NCBI GenBank assembly: GCA_030704615.1 | Contig: CM060732.1 | Location: forward strand, 60,946,001 to 61,010,000 | DNA from: Takakia lepidozioides | Lineage: Eukaryota; Plantae; Bryophyta | Reading direction: 5' to 3' | Length of the DNA stretch: 64,000 bases | Shown: positions 1 through 11,458 of the stretch, piece after piece | How the letters are laid out: each line of letters opens with the position of its first letter | How positions within the stretch are numbered: position 1 is the first letter of the stretch | Position numbers and translations under genes: made by a program | The notes under the pieces: model-generated | Told to the model about the DNA's origin: nothing | What the model saw: the letters and a program-made list of their open reading frames with translations, nothing else | Databases searched by the model: none

Positions 1-1720
1 CTGTTTTTGGATACTTTCCTACTGCCACATCGGCAGTAACTTGTCAAAGTCACTCCTAACCACCACAGATCCACCCAACGAGCTAACTTACAGAGTTCAA
101 TATGCATCTTAGGGCCGAATCTGATGAGAGGGTAAAACAGACAGAAATAGGTTGAAGAAGAAGGTCCCCACCCTCGTTGTTTTTACTGTGCCAGTAGCAA
201 AGATGGACTTGGCTGCTAAGTCATAGAAAAGTAGGGCTACTGAAGAAGTTATCTATAGTCACTATATGACCCTTCCCTTCAAATCCAGCCAGCAGCCTTG
301 TGACAACTCCATATCCAGACCCATGCGTCAAATCATTTCCCTCATCCTTCCCTAGATACACCTCCAGTTTGTGAACATACTTAGAAGTTGCCCCACACAA
401 GCACCATGCCTTTATGCCCCACTTCACGGGCTTCTTCGCCATGTACTGCTGAATTCGAGCATACCTCCCTTTCTACTTCACCATTTGCTCATCCACACAC
501 AGGTTCTGTTCAGGCCTCATGAATGTAGCATACAAGTCATTTTGCGCATCTATAAGCCAACGAGTTTTTGCTAGCTTATCAAATGCCGGCTCGTTTGGAT
601 CAGCGACCACATCTCGGTTGTCAACAAGGTGGAGGCATCTCAAGATGCTCTCCCACCTGTTGCACGACATGATGCAAATTATAGAAGGGCAATTGAAGAA
701 ACTATCATTGTGCTTCCAATACAGCCTAGTGTTAGGAAATCTTGATGCCCATAAGAATATGAACATCAATCCAGGCCCTCAATTCACGAACTGTAAGCGG
801 GTACCAAATAGAGACTGGCCAAAACAAATTGAAAAAGTCAATCGGGTCATCTTTGGCAGGTGGGCCGAATTGCTATTCCACATGTCGTCAGCAAAGAAAT
901 CATGAGGGCCCCATCCCTCCCAACCTTCTGACAATTCATACAGGCCCAGCTCCCAGGTGGGGAGCCTAGTGTCTACACAGAAGTCCATCAAGTCAGGGTT
1001 CTCAGTAGGATCAGGATTAACACCCTCTTCTTCCAAAGGATCAAAATCAGAATTAGAATCATCATCACACTCTGATAATTCACCCCCCCCTCACCACATT
1101 GTCCTTGACCTTCTGTCATGACCTATGGAGGATTTGACCGAACATCAACCCTTAAGGACCTTGTGCGTGTGCAGCTTGTGCCTGAAGCCTTCAGAATGAC
1201 ATCTGGTAATCTGTAGGCATTCACTTTTTTGCCTCATTTGTCCCACCATTGGCTGGGGTCAGAAAAGTATTCATCCCACAGTTTCTCCTCATCTCTGTTT
1301 ATCTGTTTTTGGATACTTTCCTGTGTCACATTGGCAGTATCATGTCAAAGTCACTCCAAACTACCAAAGGTTCACTCAATCAGCTAACTTGCAGAATTCA
1401 ACATGGAAATGTAGGGCAGATTCTGATAAGAGGGGAAACAAGGTGAAATGTGTTGAAGAAGGTGTCTTCTCCTCATCCATGTTATCTGTTTTGGATACTT
1501 TCCTGCTGCCACATCAGCAGTAACTTGTCAAAGTCACTCCTAACCACCACAGATCCACCCAGCGAGCTAACTTACAAAGTTCAATATGCATCTCAAGGTT
1601 GAGTCTGATGAGAGGGTAAAACAGACATAAATAGGTTGAAGAAGAAGGTGCACTCACCACATTGTCCTTGACCTTGTGTCATGACCCATGGAGGATTTCA
1701 ACGAACATCAACCCTAAATA
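1..1720. repeat. Local dispersed duplications around the piggyBac remnant
   Basis: Block ctgtttt(t)ggatactttcct..gtcaaagtcactcc occurs at about 1, 1303 and 1486. Block tcaccacattgtccttgacctt..gaacatcaaccct occurs at about 1091 and 1654. Confidence 0.85.
221..1036 (-). mobile_element. piggyBac-like (PGBD / DDE_Tnp_1_7) transposase remnant, broken by stops and frameshifts
   Basis: Consecutive minus-strand ORF fragments carry piggyBac motifs: MSCNRWESILRCLHL, DKLAKTRWLI, LCVDEQMVK (catalytic D), KKPVKWGIKAWCLC, LEVYLGK, VTIDNFFSS (second D). No TTAA-bounded TIR was found. Confidence 0.85.
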
Positions 1721-2384
1721 AACACTTGTGTGTGCAGCTTGTGTTTGCACACGGCCTGCTAAGATCAAGCTGACTCTCCCAAGAACCTTGCAAACATCAG
1801 GAAGAATACCAAATCATGGTACTGACAGGAGCCAAGAGCCCACCTTTACAGGATATACAAACTTCTTCAGATCGTACATTTAGAAAAAGCGACACCCTTC
1901 CCCCATCATTTGCTTGATCCTTCATTTGCCAAGACAATCTCTTCAGCAAGTCTTCAGCTCAGCATGGATTTCCTCAAATTCGTTGAGAGCTTGTAGCTTG
2001 CAAGGTGAACGATGGCGGAAAATGCAGATCAAGAAAATCAAGATCCGGGCATTTCGGGCAATTCCGAAAACGTTGGCGCGACAATTTCTATTGGCGTATT
2101 TCGGGTGGGCAGTCCGAGCACATTGACGAAATTTGGCGACGAAACGTGGCGATGGAAACGTGGCATTATGGCACCCGATTCCTGCTCTACGCTAAACTAG
2201 CTTCCGACCTTCGGTTGTCGCTAGAATATGGTTATCGTCTTTCTCTCAAGTGTTGGTCACCCACCGAGGCCTATCATATATGATGGTCCAACTAGCCTAC
2301 TAGGTAAGGATATATTGCAGAGGGATGTCATATATATTCATATAACGACAACTGGTCAATGATATTTTGTTGGGCGTTTTGTTA

Positions 2385-2640
2385 GCCATGTTCTCCAACA
2401 CATATTCCATTGCAGTTTTGGTAAGTTTTCTTGTCAAAATATCAACAACCATGTCGTCTATAAGGCAATAGACCATTTCAATTTCTCTTTTGCCTACAAC
2501 CTCTTGAATGTAGTGATATTAAACCTCAATGTACTTAATCCTTGAATGTTATTCTGGGTTCTGACTTCATGCAATCGCACTTTGATTGTTACAATATAGA
2601 GTTGTAAGGTATGGTGCATAAGTTCTTACATTATTCCTAT
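2385..2640 (-). mobile_element. Ty1/copia RNase H remnant
   Basis: Minus strand reads TLYCNNQSAIA*SQNPE*HSRIKYIEV*YHYIQEVVGKREIEMVYCLIDDMVVDILTRKL, matching the copia RNase H consensus. Many stops. Confidence 0.85.
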
Positions 2641-3495
2641 TATCTTCCAAAGCAATACACTATCAAGAGCAGTGTTAGCTAGTGAAGGTATATCTGTAAT
2701 GTTTGGGTGTTTTCCGGTGAAAGTATATCAGGATCATCCATCTTCTCCAACATTGATGCGTGGTCTCATCTTGAGGGAGGAGCCAACAAATTATATTAAT
2801 ACTCATGAGTAACTTCTTACGGGGAGCGTCCCCAATTTTTCATCACAAGAGGAAACTAGTATCGTGGCCTTAGTTGTGTCATAAAAAAATTGAAGGTTGT
2901 CTGGGTATTAATTTTAGACCTGGAATCCCACGTGATTGATCTCCTTGCAAAGTGGGTCGCCCACGCATTTTTCACAACTCCAACTTTCATGCTCACAATA
3001 AACTATTGATATCATAAAAAAAAAGATTGAGGCATCAATTGCTAATTTGGTGTATTGGTAACTCGTTGAGTGGGGATGTTGGAAATCAACTCCTTATCAA
3101 ATTACTTCTATTCAGAGTTATTATAATATTCTTTGGGAAGCCCAGCCTCATTTAAGAACCACACCAAAGAGTTGTAAGCGACGTGTTCAAGGCCTTTCCC
3201 ATGATGGAAGGGGCCAACACCAAGCCCTCCGAGAGAACCTTGTCAAGCAACTCCTCCTAGTGCAAGAAAAAATGTTATTAAGCGCATCTCTAAACATTCC
3301 ATCAGATCCATGGCCACCAGCAATTTTGGGTTGAAACTGCTTCCGTAGCGCAACCAAGTGTTTAGAAGCTCTTTCGCGCCCCCGGTCACAGAACATATGC
3401 ATTTGGAAGTTTGGGGCTGTTCACTTGTACTTGGTGTTATTTCTCTAAAAGACATCGGAAGATTTAGATTATGTGATTATTTTGCTGAGAGAGGG

Positions 3496-3800
3496 TGTTG
3501 GAAAACAACTCCATCCTCAACGAATCTACAACTTGACTTGTAGAGAAAATTATAGATGCTAAAAGTAGCTTTCTATTTAGAAAGGCTTTAACTTTAAGTT
3601 AAAGTTAGTCCATTGTGGGACTATTTAACATATATATTAGAAGTAGGTCTAAAATGCAAGTCTGTAGAGCTTGTTTAGGCTAGCTAGAACTATATTAAAA
3701 GCTCGGGGAAGCCACAGATCAATTGTTCGTATTGTGTACTTCTATGGTTGGGTGGATTGCTTCTATACAATCCTCATTATTGTTCTATCAAACTTCAACA
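3496..3800 (+). mobile_element. Copia-type LTR (305 bp), TGTTG...CAACA, preceded by a polypurine tract
   Basis: PPT gagagaggg lies directly 5' of tgttggaaaac. The LTR ends ttcaaca and is homologous to 4185-4821. Confidence 0.8.
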
Positions 3801-4821
3801 CCTCTTTTGTCAATAGAAACTGAGTACATGTAATCAGCTATGTAAGCAGCAAATTAAGAAGTTGTTTGATTGTGGAAGTTACTTGGACATTTAGGGCACT
3901 TACAGCCACACCCTACAACTCTATAATGTCACAATCAAAGTGCGATTGCATGAAGTCAGAACCAAAAATACTTTTCAAGGACTAAGCATATTGAGGTTCA
4001 ATCACTACATTTGGGAGGTCGTAGTCAAAGGAGAAATCGAAATGGTCTATTGCCCTAGAGAAGACATGATTTGCTCATGTTTTGACGGAAAGCATACCAA
4101 AACCAAAGCACATCAAGTGTTTACTTGAACTTGCTGCTATTTCTCCAAAGTCATATTACATGATTATCTCGCTGAGAGAGGGGGTGTTGGAAAACAGCTC
4201 CATATGCAACAAATGCATGCAATTCATGCAAGCCCCGCCCTATAGTAATTATGAATAGATAGTAAAAAAAATGGAAGATCACACAATGTTTACTAATAAA
4301 TATCGCGGTAACAGGATTTGAGCCCCGAATCACCCGGGTGGCACGCAATGTAATATCCTCATGTATGGCATGCATAAGAAGTTGAACTCCAGACCTAAGG
4401 CCAAACAAAACTGGTTGTGACCATGAACTGTTCATCCATGGGATGTCATTCATTAGAAATATGGACAGATGACAACTGTCTCGATCGAATTGGAAGCGTA
4501 ATCGAAAGTATCAGTGCTAAAGGAACTGAACCCTTTGCGTAGTTCCGCTTAGGCAGGTAGGGCCAACAAATCTACAACTTGACTTGTAGAGAAAATACAG
4601 ATACTAAAAATAACTCTCTATTTAGAGGGGCTTTAACTGTAAGTTAAAGCTAGTCCAGCGTGGACTACTTAATATTTAATAAGGTTCTAAAAGACAAATC
4701 TTTAGCTAGAACTATACAAGAAGCTCTGGGTGAAGCCACAAATCAATTGTTCTTGTTGTGTACTTCTATGGTTGGGCGGAAACTACGACCCTCATTATTG
4801 TTCTATCTACATTTTTCAACC
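3801..4821 (+). mobile_element. Copia RNase H remnant + PPT + second LTR (4185-4821) interrupted by an insertion
   Basis: Reads NQSAIA*SQN..RTKHIEV..HYIWEVVVKGEIEMVYCPREDM, then PPT gagagagggg, then tgttggaaaac at 4185. LTR homology resumes at 4564. Confidence 0.8.
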
Positions 4822-6241
4822 GTGTTAAATAAGTACTCTTACACAAGATTTTGAAGTACATGCATAAGGACAAAACAACACAGATTAATGCAAAGAGATC
4901 TGGGCAATGTAGGTTTCGCTGCTCATGATGCATGGTCACTTGCAAAGGTGGTCAAGTGCACTTTTGGACTAGCCAAGCATTTGCTATTTGCCCTGCATCT
5001 TTGGCCATATGCAGCAAGGGCACTTGTGGAAGTGGGTTCAAATCCACTTGGGTCTTGCATTGTAATGCCCCTCTCCCTTGTATTTATAAAAAACAACATA
5101 CACAAGTTTAATTGTACTTCTAGGACTGGGCATTTCCCTCTAAGCATGGATTTGGCTATCTCTGATTTTAGAAATGTTTTTTGTGTGATGATGCACAAAA
5201 TTGACCCTTCCCCTTCTCCTGTGACATCCCTTTTTGGCCTGGTTGCCAAACTCCGGAACAGTAACACATTTTGCAAGGATGCTCAACAGTAGGTCTATTG
5301 TGGTCTTTGCACCCACTTCTCCCTCTCAAGTCTCTCACAGCCTATTTTATACATACCAAAAAGGTATGATGAGCAGTGTTTCTGTACTGATTTTGTCCTG
5401 TACATGGTCGAAAATGGTTAGTGTAGAGAACTGCAAATTTGTACCAGGATGCAGTCTATACACTAGTTTTAGCTGACTTTTGTACCAATTTGAGTCATGC
5501 ATAGCAGCTCGTCGAAATGTCCACTCTACCTGTGTAATAAGGATACAATTTGTATTCCTACTACCCTAACTCATGTTCATGTAAATGGGGCTTCAGCTGT
5601 GCTGCAGCCTATTATTACATTGTATACTTCTTTGGAGGTTTCATTTGCACTCCAATTTCGCAAGCTTTTCAGAGTGCAGGACTGCGGTGGTCTCTAACTC
5701 TGATACCCCGTTCATCACCAACAAAAGAGCCATTTGGCCCTTTCCACACTTGCTGAGCTATTATTTGCCAACTAGCTAAAGCTCGGTTGGCATCTTCTCT
5801 TCCTACATCATAGCAGACAAAGGGCTTGGCAATCAAGGGAAATCACTGGAACCCTAATGAAGTTGCAATAGACCACATCTCAATGCTGAAATGATGAGCC
5901 CATTTACCACACCTCCCCCACTGATGAACTAAGCGAAAGCACACTACGAGCGATCTTGAAGCCTTCCTCACTAGAGGAAAATACCGCGCGCCCAAAGAGA
6001 GTCAGGGAGACACAGAGTGATGAGAGACACCAAGAGGGCCAAACGCTAACAATAAAACCTGACATGCGTGCAGCAGGGCTTTGGAGTTAGGTCTTTCATT
6101 TGACAGTCAGGAACTGTACAAGCGGCTTTCGTATAGACACGGGCTAAAATCGAAGGCCTACTACCACTGAAAAGATTCAAAGAAGAAACTAACTGTTCAT
6201 CTCCCGACAAAAGTTCTACGACGGGTGGGAGAATCCTGCTT

Positions 6242-7390
6242 CTAGTAGATCGACCGCAAACTGGGCTCAAACGAGAAGGGAACACACATCTCTTCGAAAG
6301 AGGAACTAGATAAGGTCAAGGGACAGGGGGGCAACCGCCACCAGGTGCATTGACACATGTCACAGACCACCACCAACAACTCCCCACATGCAGCCCTGCC
6401 TGCCACGCACAGTTGGCTACGGGATGCAACACAACCTCGGATACGCGCGAAGAGTTTATAGATTTCCACAGGCATTTGAAACACGAAGACCCACTCATTG
6501 GTTTTGAAATTTAGCTCAAAAAAGCTTGGCGCATCGAGGGTATCTTGGTAAGTCACCATCATCAACAACCGATCCTCATACTCAACAAGTTGCGGACAAC
6601 AAAACAGGTCCGTCGGGAAGACGTGAGGGATCTCGCTCCAGACATCGTATTCTATGTTGTATGCAATCAAAAGAACAATCGTCAGATTACCGCTTCTGGC
6701 CTCCAGCTTAACCAAAAAATACAAAACCCCTTTGCAGACAGCACCCCGTGGGTGGGTAACTGATTCATACGGTAAAAACATTCCACCTTCTTTCCATGCA
6801 CCCAGTGCTGAATCATAAACCTCGGTGACCTGGTACCTCTCATCCTCAGTCCCATACCGTCGATTCCCGGCCATGATAACCTTGTAAGTTTTGGTGGTTT
6901 CATCTATGAGCACCCGTCTGACAGCTGATTGCGACCAGTAATTGATCATCGGAGGCAGTTCCCTCCATTCTTTAGTAAGTGGGTTGCCAATGGTGAAAAC
7001 TTGTCTGAATTGATTCCACCTCCACGTAAACAACAGCCCTCCTGCTCCTCCGTAGTTAAATTCGGACGCATAAGAAGACGCTATGAGATGTAACGGGAGA
7101 GATGGCATTCTCTGCCAGTTTCTGGCCAAGCGATCGTACACGAACCACCGAAATCCTACAACATGTCTCAATCCCTGCCCCTGCTTCAAGTAACACACCG
7201 CTGGGTAAGGGTTCGCATAAGCAGATTCAGCCTCCACCGAGATCTTGCGGAAATCAGCACTGTAGATCAGATCACGCCAGTCTTTGCAAACACAGCGAAA
7301 GCGAAACAAGCAGCAGAGAGGCAGAAAGGCAAGCACTCTCAACAGCAGCTCGGGAGGCAATTGTCCCCACAGCGACTCGTCCATCGCCAT
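6242..7390 (-). CDS. F-box protein with kelch/FBA-like C-terminal repeats, intronless
   Basis: N-terminal F-box LWGQLPPELLLRVLAFLPLCCLFRFRCVCKDWRDLI, plus GNPLTKEWRELPPM, TEVYDSALGAW and AYNIEYDVW repeats. First ATG is at 7390; the ORF track starts at a TTG. Confidence 0.9.
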   Translation of the reverse strand: MAMDESLWGQLPPELLLRVLAFLPLCCLFRFRCVCKDWRDLIYSADFRKISVEAESAYANPYPAVCYLKQGQGLRHVVGFRWFVYDRLARNWQRMPSLPLHLIASSYASEFNYGGAGGLLFTWRWNQFRQVFTIGNPLTKEWRELPPMINYWSQSAVRRVLIDETTKTYKVIMAGNRRYGTEDERYQVTEVYDSALGAWKEGGMFLPYESVTHPRGAVCKGVLYFLVKLEARSGNLTIVLLIAYNIEYDVWSEIPHVFPTDLFCCPQLVEYEDRLLMMVTYQDTLDAPSFFELNFKTNEWVFVFQMPVEIYKLFARIRGCVASRSQLCVAGRAACGELLVVVCDMCQCTWWRLPPCPLTLSSSSFEEMCVPFSFEPSLRSIY

Positions 7391-7974
7391 CGCCCTTGTG
7401 GGTCCTGCTCTCCCTCTGCTACCCTGCGCTCTTACTTCTATGCAACTCGCTTCCAAAGCCTTCTAGAGGCATTATTCCTTATTTGCCTACAATTACCTCC
7501 ATGTCGGTCTTTCCTTGTCTACCCCATATTGGCAATGATATTCCACATGGATGACAACTGTCTGAAGTCACGAACTTCTGTCTCCCTGGATTAAGACCAT
7601 CCCTAAAGTACACAAGATTCCATGTCTCCATCGTGATGGGGCCCATGGGGGGGAGAAGAAGGGATAGACTTGAGGAGATTATAAGGTTTAACAATCCTGC
7701 ACCATGGGCTCTGGAGATGCGAGAAGACTGGTAGAATGAAAGAAGCATCATATGTGCACGAAATGCCCAAAGAGGTTAAAGAGAATTACAAAAAAGCACT
7801 GGGACTTAATTGTTCCACAAAGATTGAGTGCCTTCTGAGACTCAGGAGAGTGCCTCCATCAATCATAACTGGAGCCTCAGAAACATAGAACCACCCTTGG
7901 GACAGAGAAACCCCTGACCGCTTGCAAGACATTGACTAGAGTCCCTGACGATCCAAAACTTGTTCCTTGTATCA

Positions 7975-8430
7975 TCATCGCCAATAATCACCACAAGAAC
8001 ACACACCATTCCTGAAGTGATGAAAACAGTTCGCATTGATTGCAACAATTTCTCGCCCGACAATCTTGGAGATGAACTTGGTGGCAATCCCCACAAACCT
8101 AAAGGACCTTTTTTAAATACAGATAGGTGTCGCAGTGGGTGTGTTGATGAGCCCAAAAGCAATGGCCAGTTTTTCACTGTGGTGTCCAAGAGCCAGTTCC
8201 TTCATGGGCCAATCCACCTAATGCAACATGAAGTGTGTGATGGGCAAATATCCGGCCTCATTGATCTGCCTAGTCATTCTCTCCAACTCTGTAGATTTTC
8301 ACTCTACAGCAAACAATGACTTGTTTACATTCTGTCGATTTTCACTGTTTGTGGGTGTGATCTGTCCCCTACGACAAAGGAATGTGTACCCTGTGCTTGA
8401 CCAGGATCCAGCTGCACCCTGGCTCCTTCA
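7975..8430 (-). pseudogene. Degenerate E+/DYW deaminase domain downstream of the PPR stop
   Basis: Shifting frames read [54 protein letters not shown] and [17 protein letters not shown]. Several frameshifts and stops. Confidence 0.9.
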
Positions 8431-10293
8431 CACTCTGTTGTTCATTGCTTTCCTCACCTTTGCTATATCATCCCACCTGCCAGCCGCAGCATAGATGTCT
8501 GAGAGCAGCACATACGCTGCATCATCATCTGGTTCCAACTCGAGGATACGTTCAGCAGCGCGTTCTGCTAGCTCCACATGGCCATGGATTCCACACGCAC
8601 CAAGCAAGGCCCCCAACACGGAAGCATCTGGTTCAAATGGCATCTTATTGATGATGTCCTTTGCCTCCTCCAAGCGCCCTGCACGGCCAAGGAGGTTAAC
8701 CATGCAGCCATAGTGCATTCGTCTTGGCATCAACCCATGATCTTGACTCATGGAAAGGAAGTAGTGATGGCCTTCATCCACTAGGCCCACATAACTGCAC
8801 GCCAAGAGAATGCCAGTGAATGTGACCTCATTTGGTTTCACTCCTTCCCTTTGCATCTGTTCAAAGAGTTGAAGGGCCTCCTTACCTCGTCCATGCTGAG
8901 CATATCCTACTATCAATGCAGTCCATGACACCACGTTTCGATTGGAAATTTTATTAAACACTAGGGAGGCATCTTCCATACTGCCACACTTGGCGTACAT
9001 GTCGATAAGGGCATTACACACTCTGACATCTGATTCCAATCCAGATGTGATGATAAGGGCATTGACCCACTTGCCCGCTTCTAGGGCCGCTAGGCAGCCA
9101 CATGCATTGAGGATGGCAATGAAACTGACCTGGTTGGGCTTTACACCTTCTCGTTGCATTTGCCTAAAGAACTTAGATGCCTCTTCACTATGCCCTTGCT
9201 GAGCTAATCCTGCCATCATTGCATTCCATGAGATCACATCTCGCTTAGGCATTTTATCAAACACTCCGCGTGCATCCACCACACTCCCGCACCTGCAATA
9301 CATGCTGACAAGGGCATTCCCCACTCTGATATCTGACTCAAATCCAGATTTGATGATGTCTGCGTGGAGCTGCGTGCCACGTTCCAGGGCTCCGGGACTT
9401 GCACATGCGTTCAGAATGCTCATGAAAGTCACTGGGTCAGCCCTCATGCCTTCTTGTTGCATTTTCCCAAAGAGATCAAATGCCTCTTCGCCATGCCCCT
9501 GCGCTGCTAACCCTGCAATCATTGCAGTCCATGAGATCACATTTCGTTTAGGCAATTTTGCGAATACTCGCTGTGCATCCACCACATTCCCGCATTTGCA
9601 ATACATGCTGAAAACAGCAGTTCCCACTTGGACATCAGCCTCCAATCCAGCTTGGATAATGCCCGCATGGATTCGCTTGCCCTGTTCTAGGTTTGCTGGG
9701 CTGGCACATGCATTGAGGATGGTGAGGAAAGCAGCCTTGTCTGCCTTCACGCCTTCCCGTTGCATTTGCCAATATAATTCAAGTGCCTCTTCCCCATGCC
9801 CTTGCTTAGCTAATCCTGCAATCATCACAGTCCATGAGATCACATTGCGTTTAGGCATTTTGTTGAACATTTTGCGCGCATCCACAACGTCACCGCACTT
9901 GCAATACATGCTCACAATAGTGTTTCCTAAGAAAATGTTTGACTCAAATCCACTTTTAACGACATGGGCATGGACAGCTTTGCCGTCTGCCAAGGCATTC
10001 TTCTTTGCATACCCCTGCAAGAGACGAGCACATGTATCGGAGTACGCCCAAAAGCCACGTTGCTCCATCCGATCCAGCAGTAACAGTGCGTCTTTCAACC
10101 GTCCCTCCGTATACATTGAGGTCACATCCCCACTAGTTCCACAAGTGTCCTTGTTACTCCTCTCCCCTTGTGATGTTTCGTTTTTTCCTCCATTAAAGAC
10201 AGTGGTGATGGTGGATGTACCAAAACTCATACCCTTGCCCTGACTCTGGTGCATAACAGACAAGTGGGTCTGATCCCAGATTTGAAACCCCAT
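8428..10293 (-). CDS. PLS-class pentatricopeptide repeat protein (organellar RNA-editing factor type), ending within the E2 motif
   Basis: Repeated P-L-S triplets (NALVSMYCRCGSVVDARGVFDKMPKRDVISWNAMMAG), then HYGCMVNLLGRAGRLEEA, MPFEPDASVLGALLGAC and AAYVLLSDIYAAAGRWDD. First ATG is at 10293. Confidence 0.93.
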   Translation of the reverse strand: MGFQIWDQTHLSVMHQSQGKGMSFGTSTITTVFNGGKNETSQGERSNKDTCGTSGDVTSMYTEGRLKDALLLLDRMEQRGFWAYSDTCARLLQGYAKKNALADGKAVHAHVVKSGFESNIFLGNTIVSMYCKCGDVVDARKMFNKMPKRNVISWTVMIAGLAKQGHGEEALELYWQMQREGVKADKAAFLTILNACASPANLEQGKRIHAGIIQAGLEADVQVGTAVFSMYCKCGNVVDAQRVFAKLPKRNVISWTAMIAGLAAQGHGEEAFDLFGKMQQEGMRADPVTFMSILNACASPGALERGTQLHADIIKSGFESDIRVGNALVSMYCRCGSVVDARGVFDKMPKRDVISWNAMMAGLAQQGHSEEASKFFRQMQREGVKPNQVSFIAILNACGCLAALEAGKWVNALIITSGLESDVRVCNALIDMYAKCGSMEDASLVFNKISNRNVVSWTALIVGYAQHGRGKEALQLFEQMQREGVKPNEVTFTGILLACSYVGLVDEGHHYFLSMSQDHGLMPRRMHYGCMVNLLGRAGRLEEAKDIINKMPFEPDASVLGALLGACGIHGHVELAERAAERILELEPDDDAAYVLLSDIYAAAGRWDDIAKVRKAMNNRV

Positions 10294-11458
10294 CGCCCTG
10301 CATGAAAAGCATCGAGAAAGATCGATCAATGCCTGATTCTCTGCGCTGCGCCGTTCAACGTCCCTCCTCCCCACTTACCAGCTTTAAACTGCCTATGTTC
10401 TCATTTCCCTAAATCCATATTACAAACGAGAAGGGTGGAAATAAGCATACCGAACACTCCAGATCTTCCTTTGAAACCTCATTCCAATGATTCCTGGTGC
10501 AAGATCTTCAGAACCCAATGTTACGTGCGGAGAGGGACAAGACGCCTATCATCCTGTTCAAAGACAGTTTGCCACCTTCTGCTCGATAGTTGCAGTGCCA
10601 TACTTGGAGTTCTCTTTAGGCAGTGCAATTCTTCTCGGAAATTGTCGTGATCCAGAACACTAGAAGTCCGATAGAGGGAGAATCTCGTGCAATTGAAAGA
10701 GGTGATTCTTGCGAGTGCGGTGTGAGAAAGTTGAAGGGATTTCTTCATACCTAATAATACGATGAAAGTTGAGGACAGGAAACTTCCAAAGAATAAGGAT
10801 TGTCCCCAACGGTATAAATTTACCGTATGAAAGGAAGCGGGAAAACCCTAGTTCCTTTCGTCTTTCTCTTCCACCAGCTGCTGAATGTGATCAGGCATCA
10901 ACATTAATGTTGTTGTGCAACGATTCCGCACGTGATGCATAGTCTGTAATCTGTATGGTACGTTGCATGTTCCACAAGTGCTTTGACATCAAAAGGAGCG
11001 TTTGTTATTATTTGCATGGTATTCTGCAATGGTGGGTTGGCTGTTCTTCAGTCGAGTTCAACCATGTCTCTCGCTGTCATTTTTGGTGCCAAACAGAATT
11101 CTATGAGTCCCGCGTGAATGTTGTATTCCCATAAGGACACAGACTCAAAATTCCCTCCTTTCTGGGTTGTTCCTTGTCGCAGCTTTTGTACTGTGCTTTC
11201 CAAGACCTGTGGGCTATCGGAGTTGAAGGGATCCAGCACATTTGTTGCCAGACGCTTGAAAATCAAGTCACGTAAATTTAGGGTGTAGGATCTCTTGGGC
11301 TGTCCTACAATTTCAGGCTAATATGGAAGTGCTACTGTTTCGCTTTGTGATGGCAAGTTGTATTAGTGAGATGAACTCCTCCTTTCAGCATAGGAGGTCT
11401 CTACTCTCTGCGGAGAATTGAATGTCACCAGAGTTTAATTTGTCCGATAAAGTCCTGG

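Noticed and set aside
4930-5055. tRNA-like A/B boxes (ggtggtcaag..gggttcaaatcc)
   Set aside because: No foldable cloverleaf and the spacing is too long. At most a SINE relic.
7975-8200. Possible U-to-C (DYW:KP) type domain
   Set aside because: The PG box, HSEKLA and terminal DYW are the canonical C-to-U type.
9302-10243. 313-aa plus-strand ORF
   Set aside because: Antisense shadow of the repetitive PPR coding sequence.
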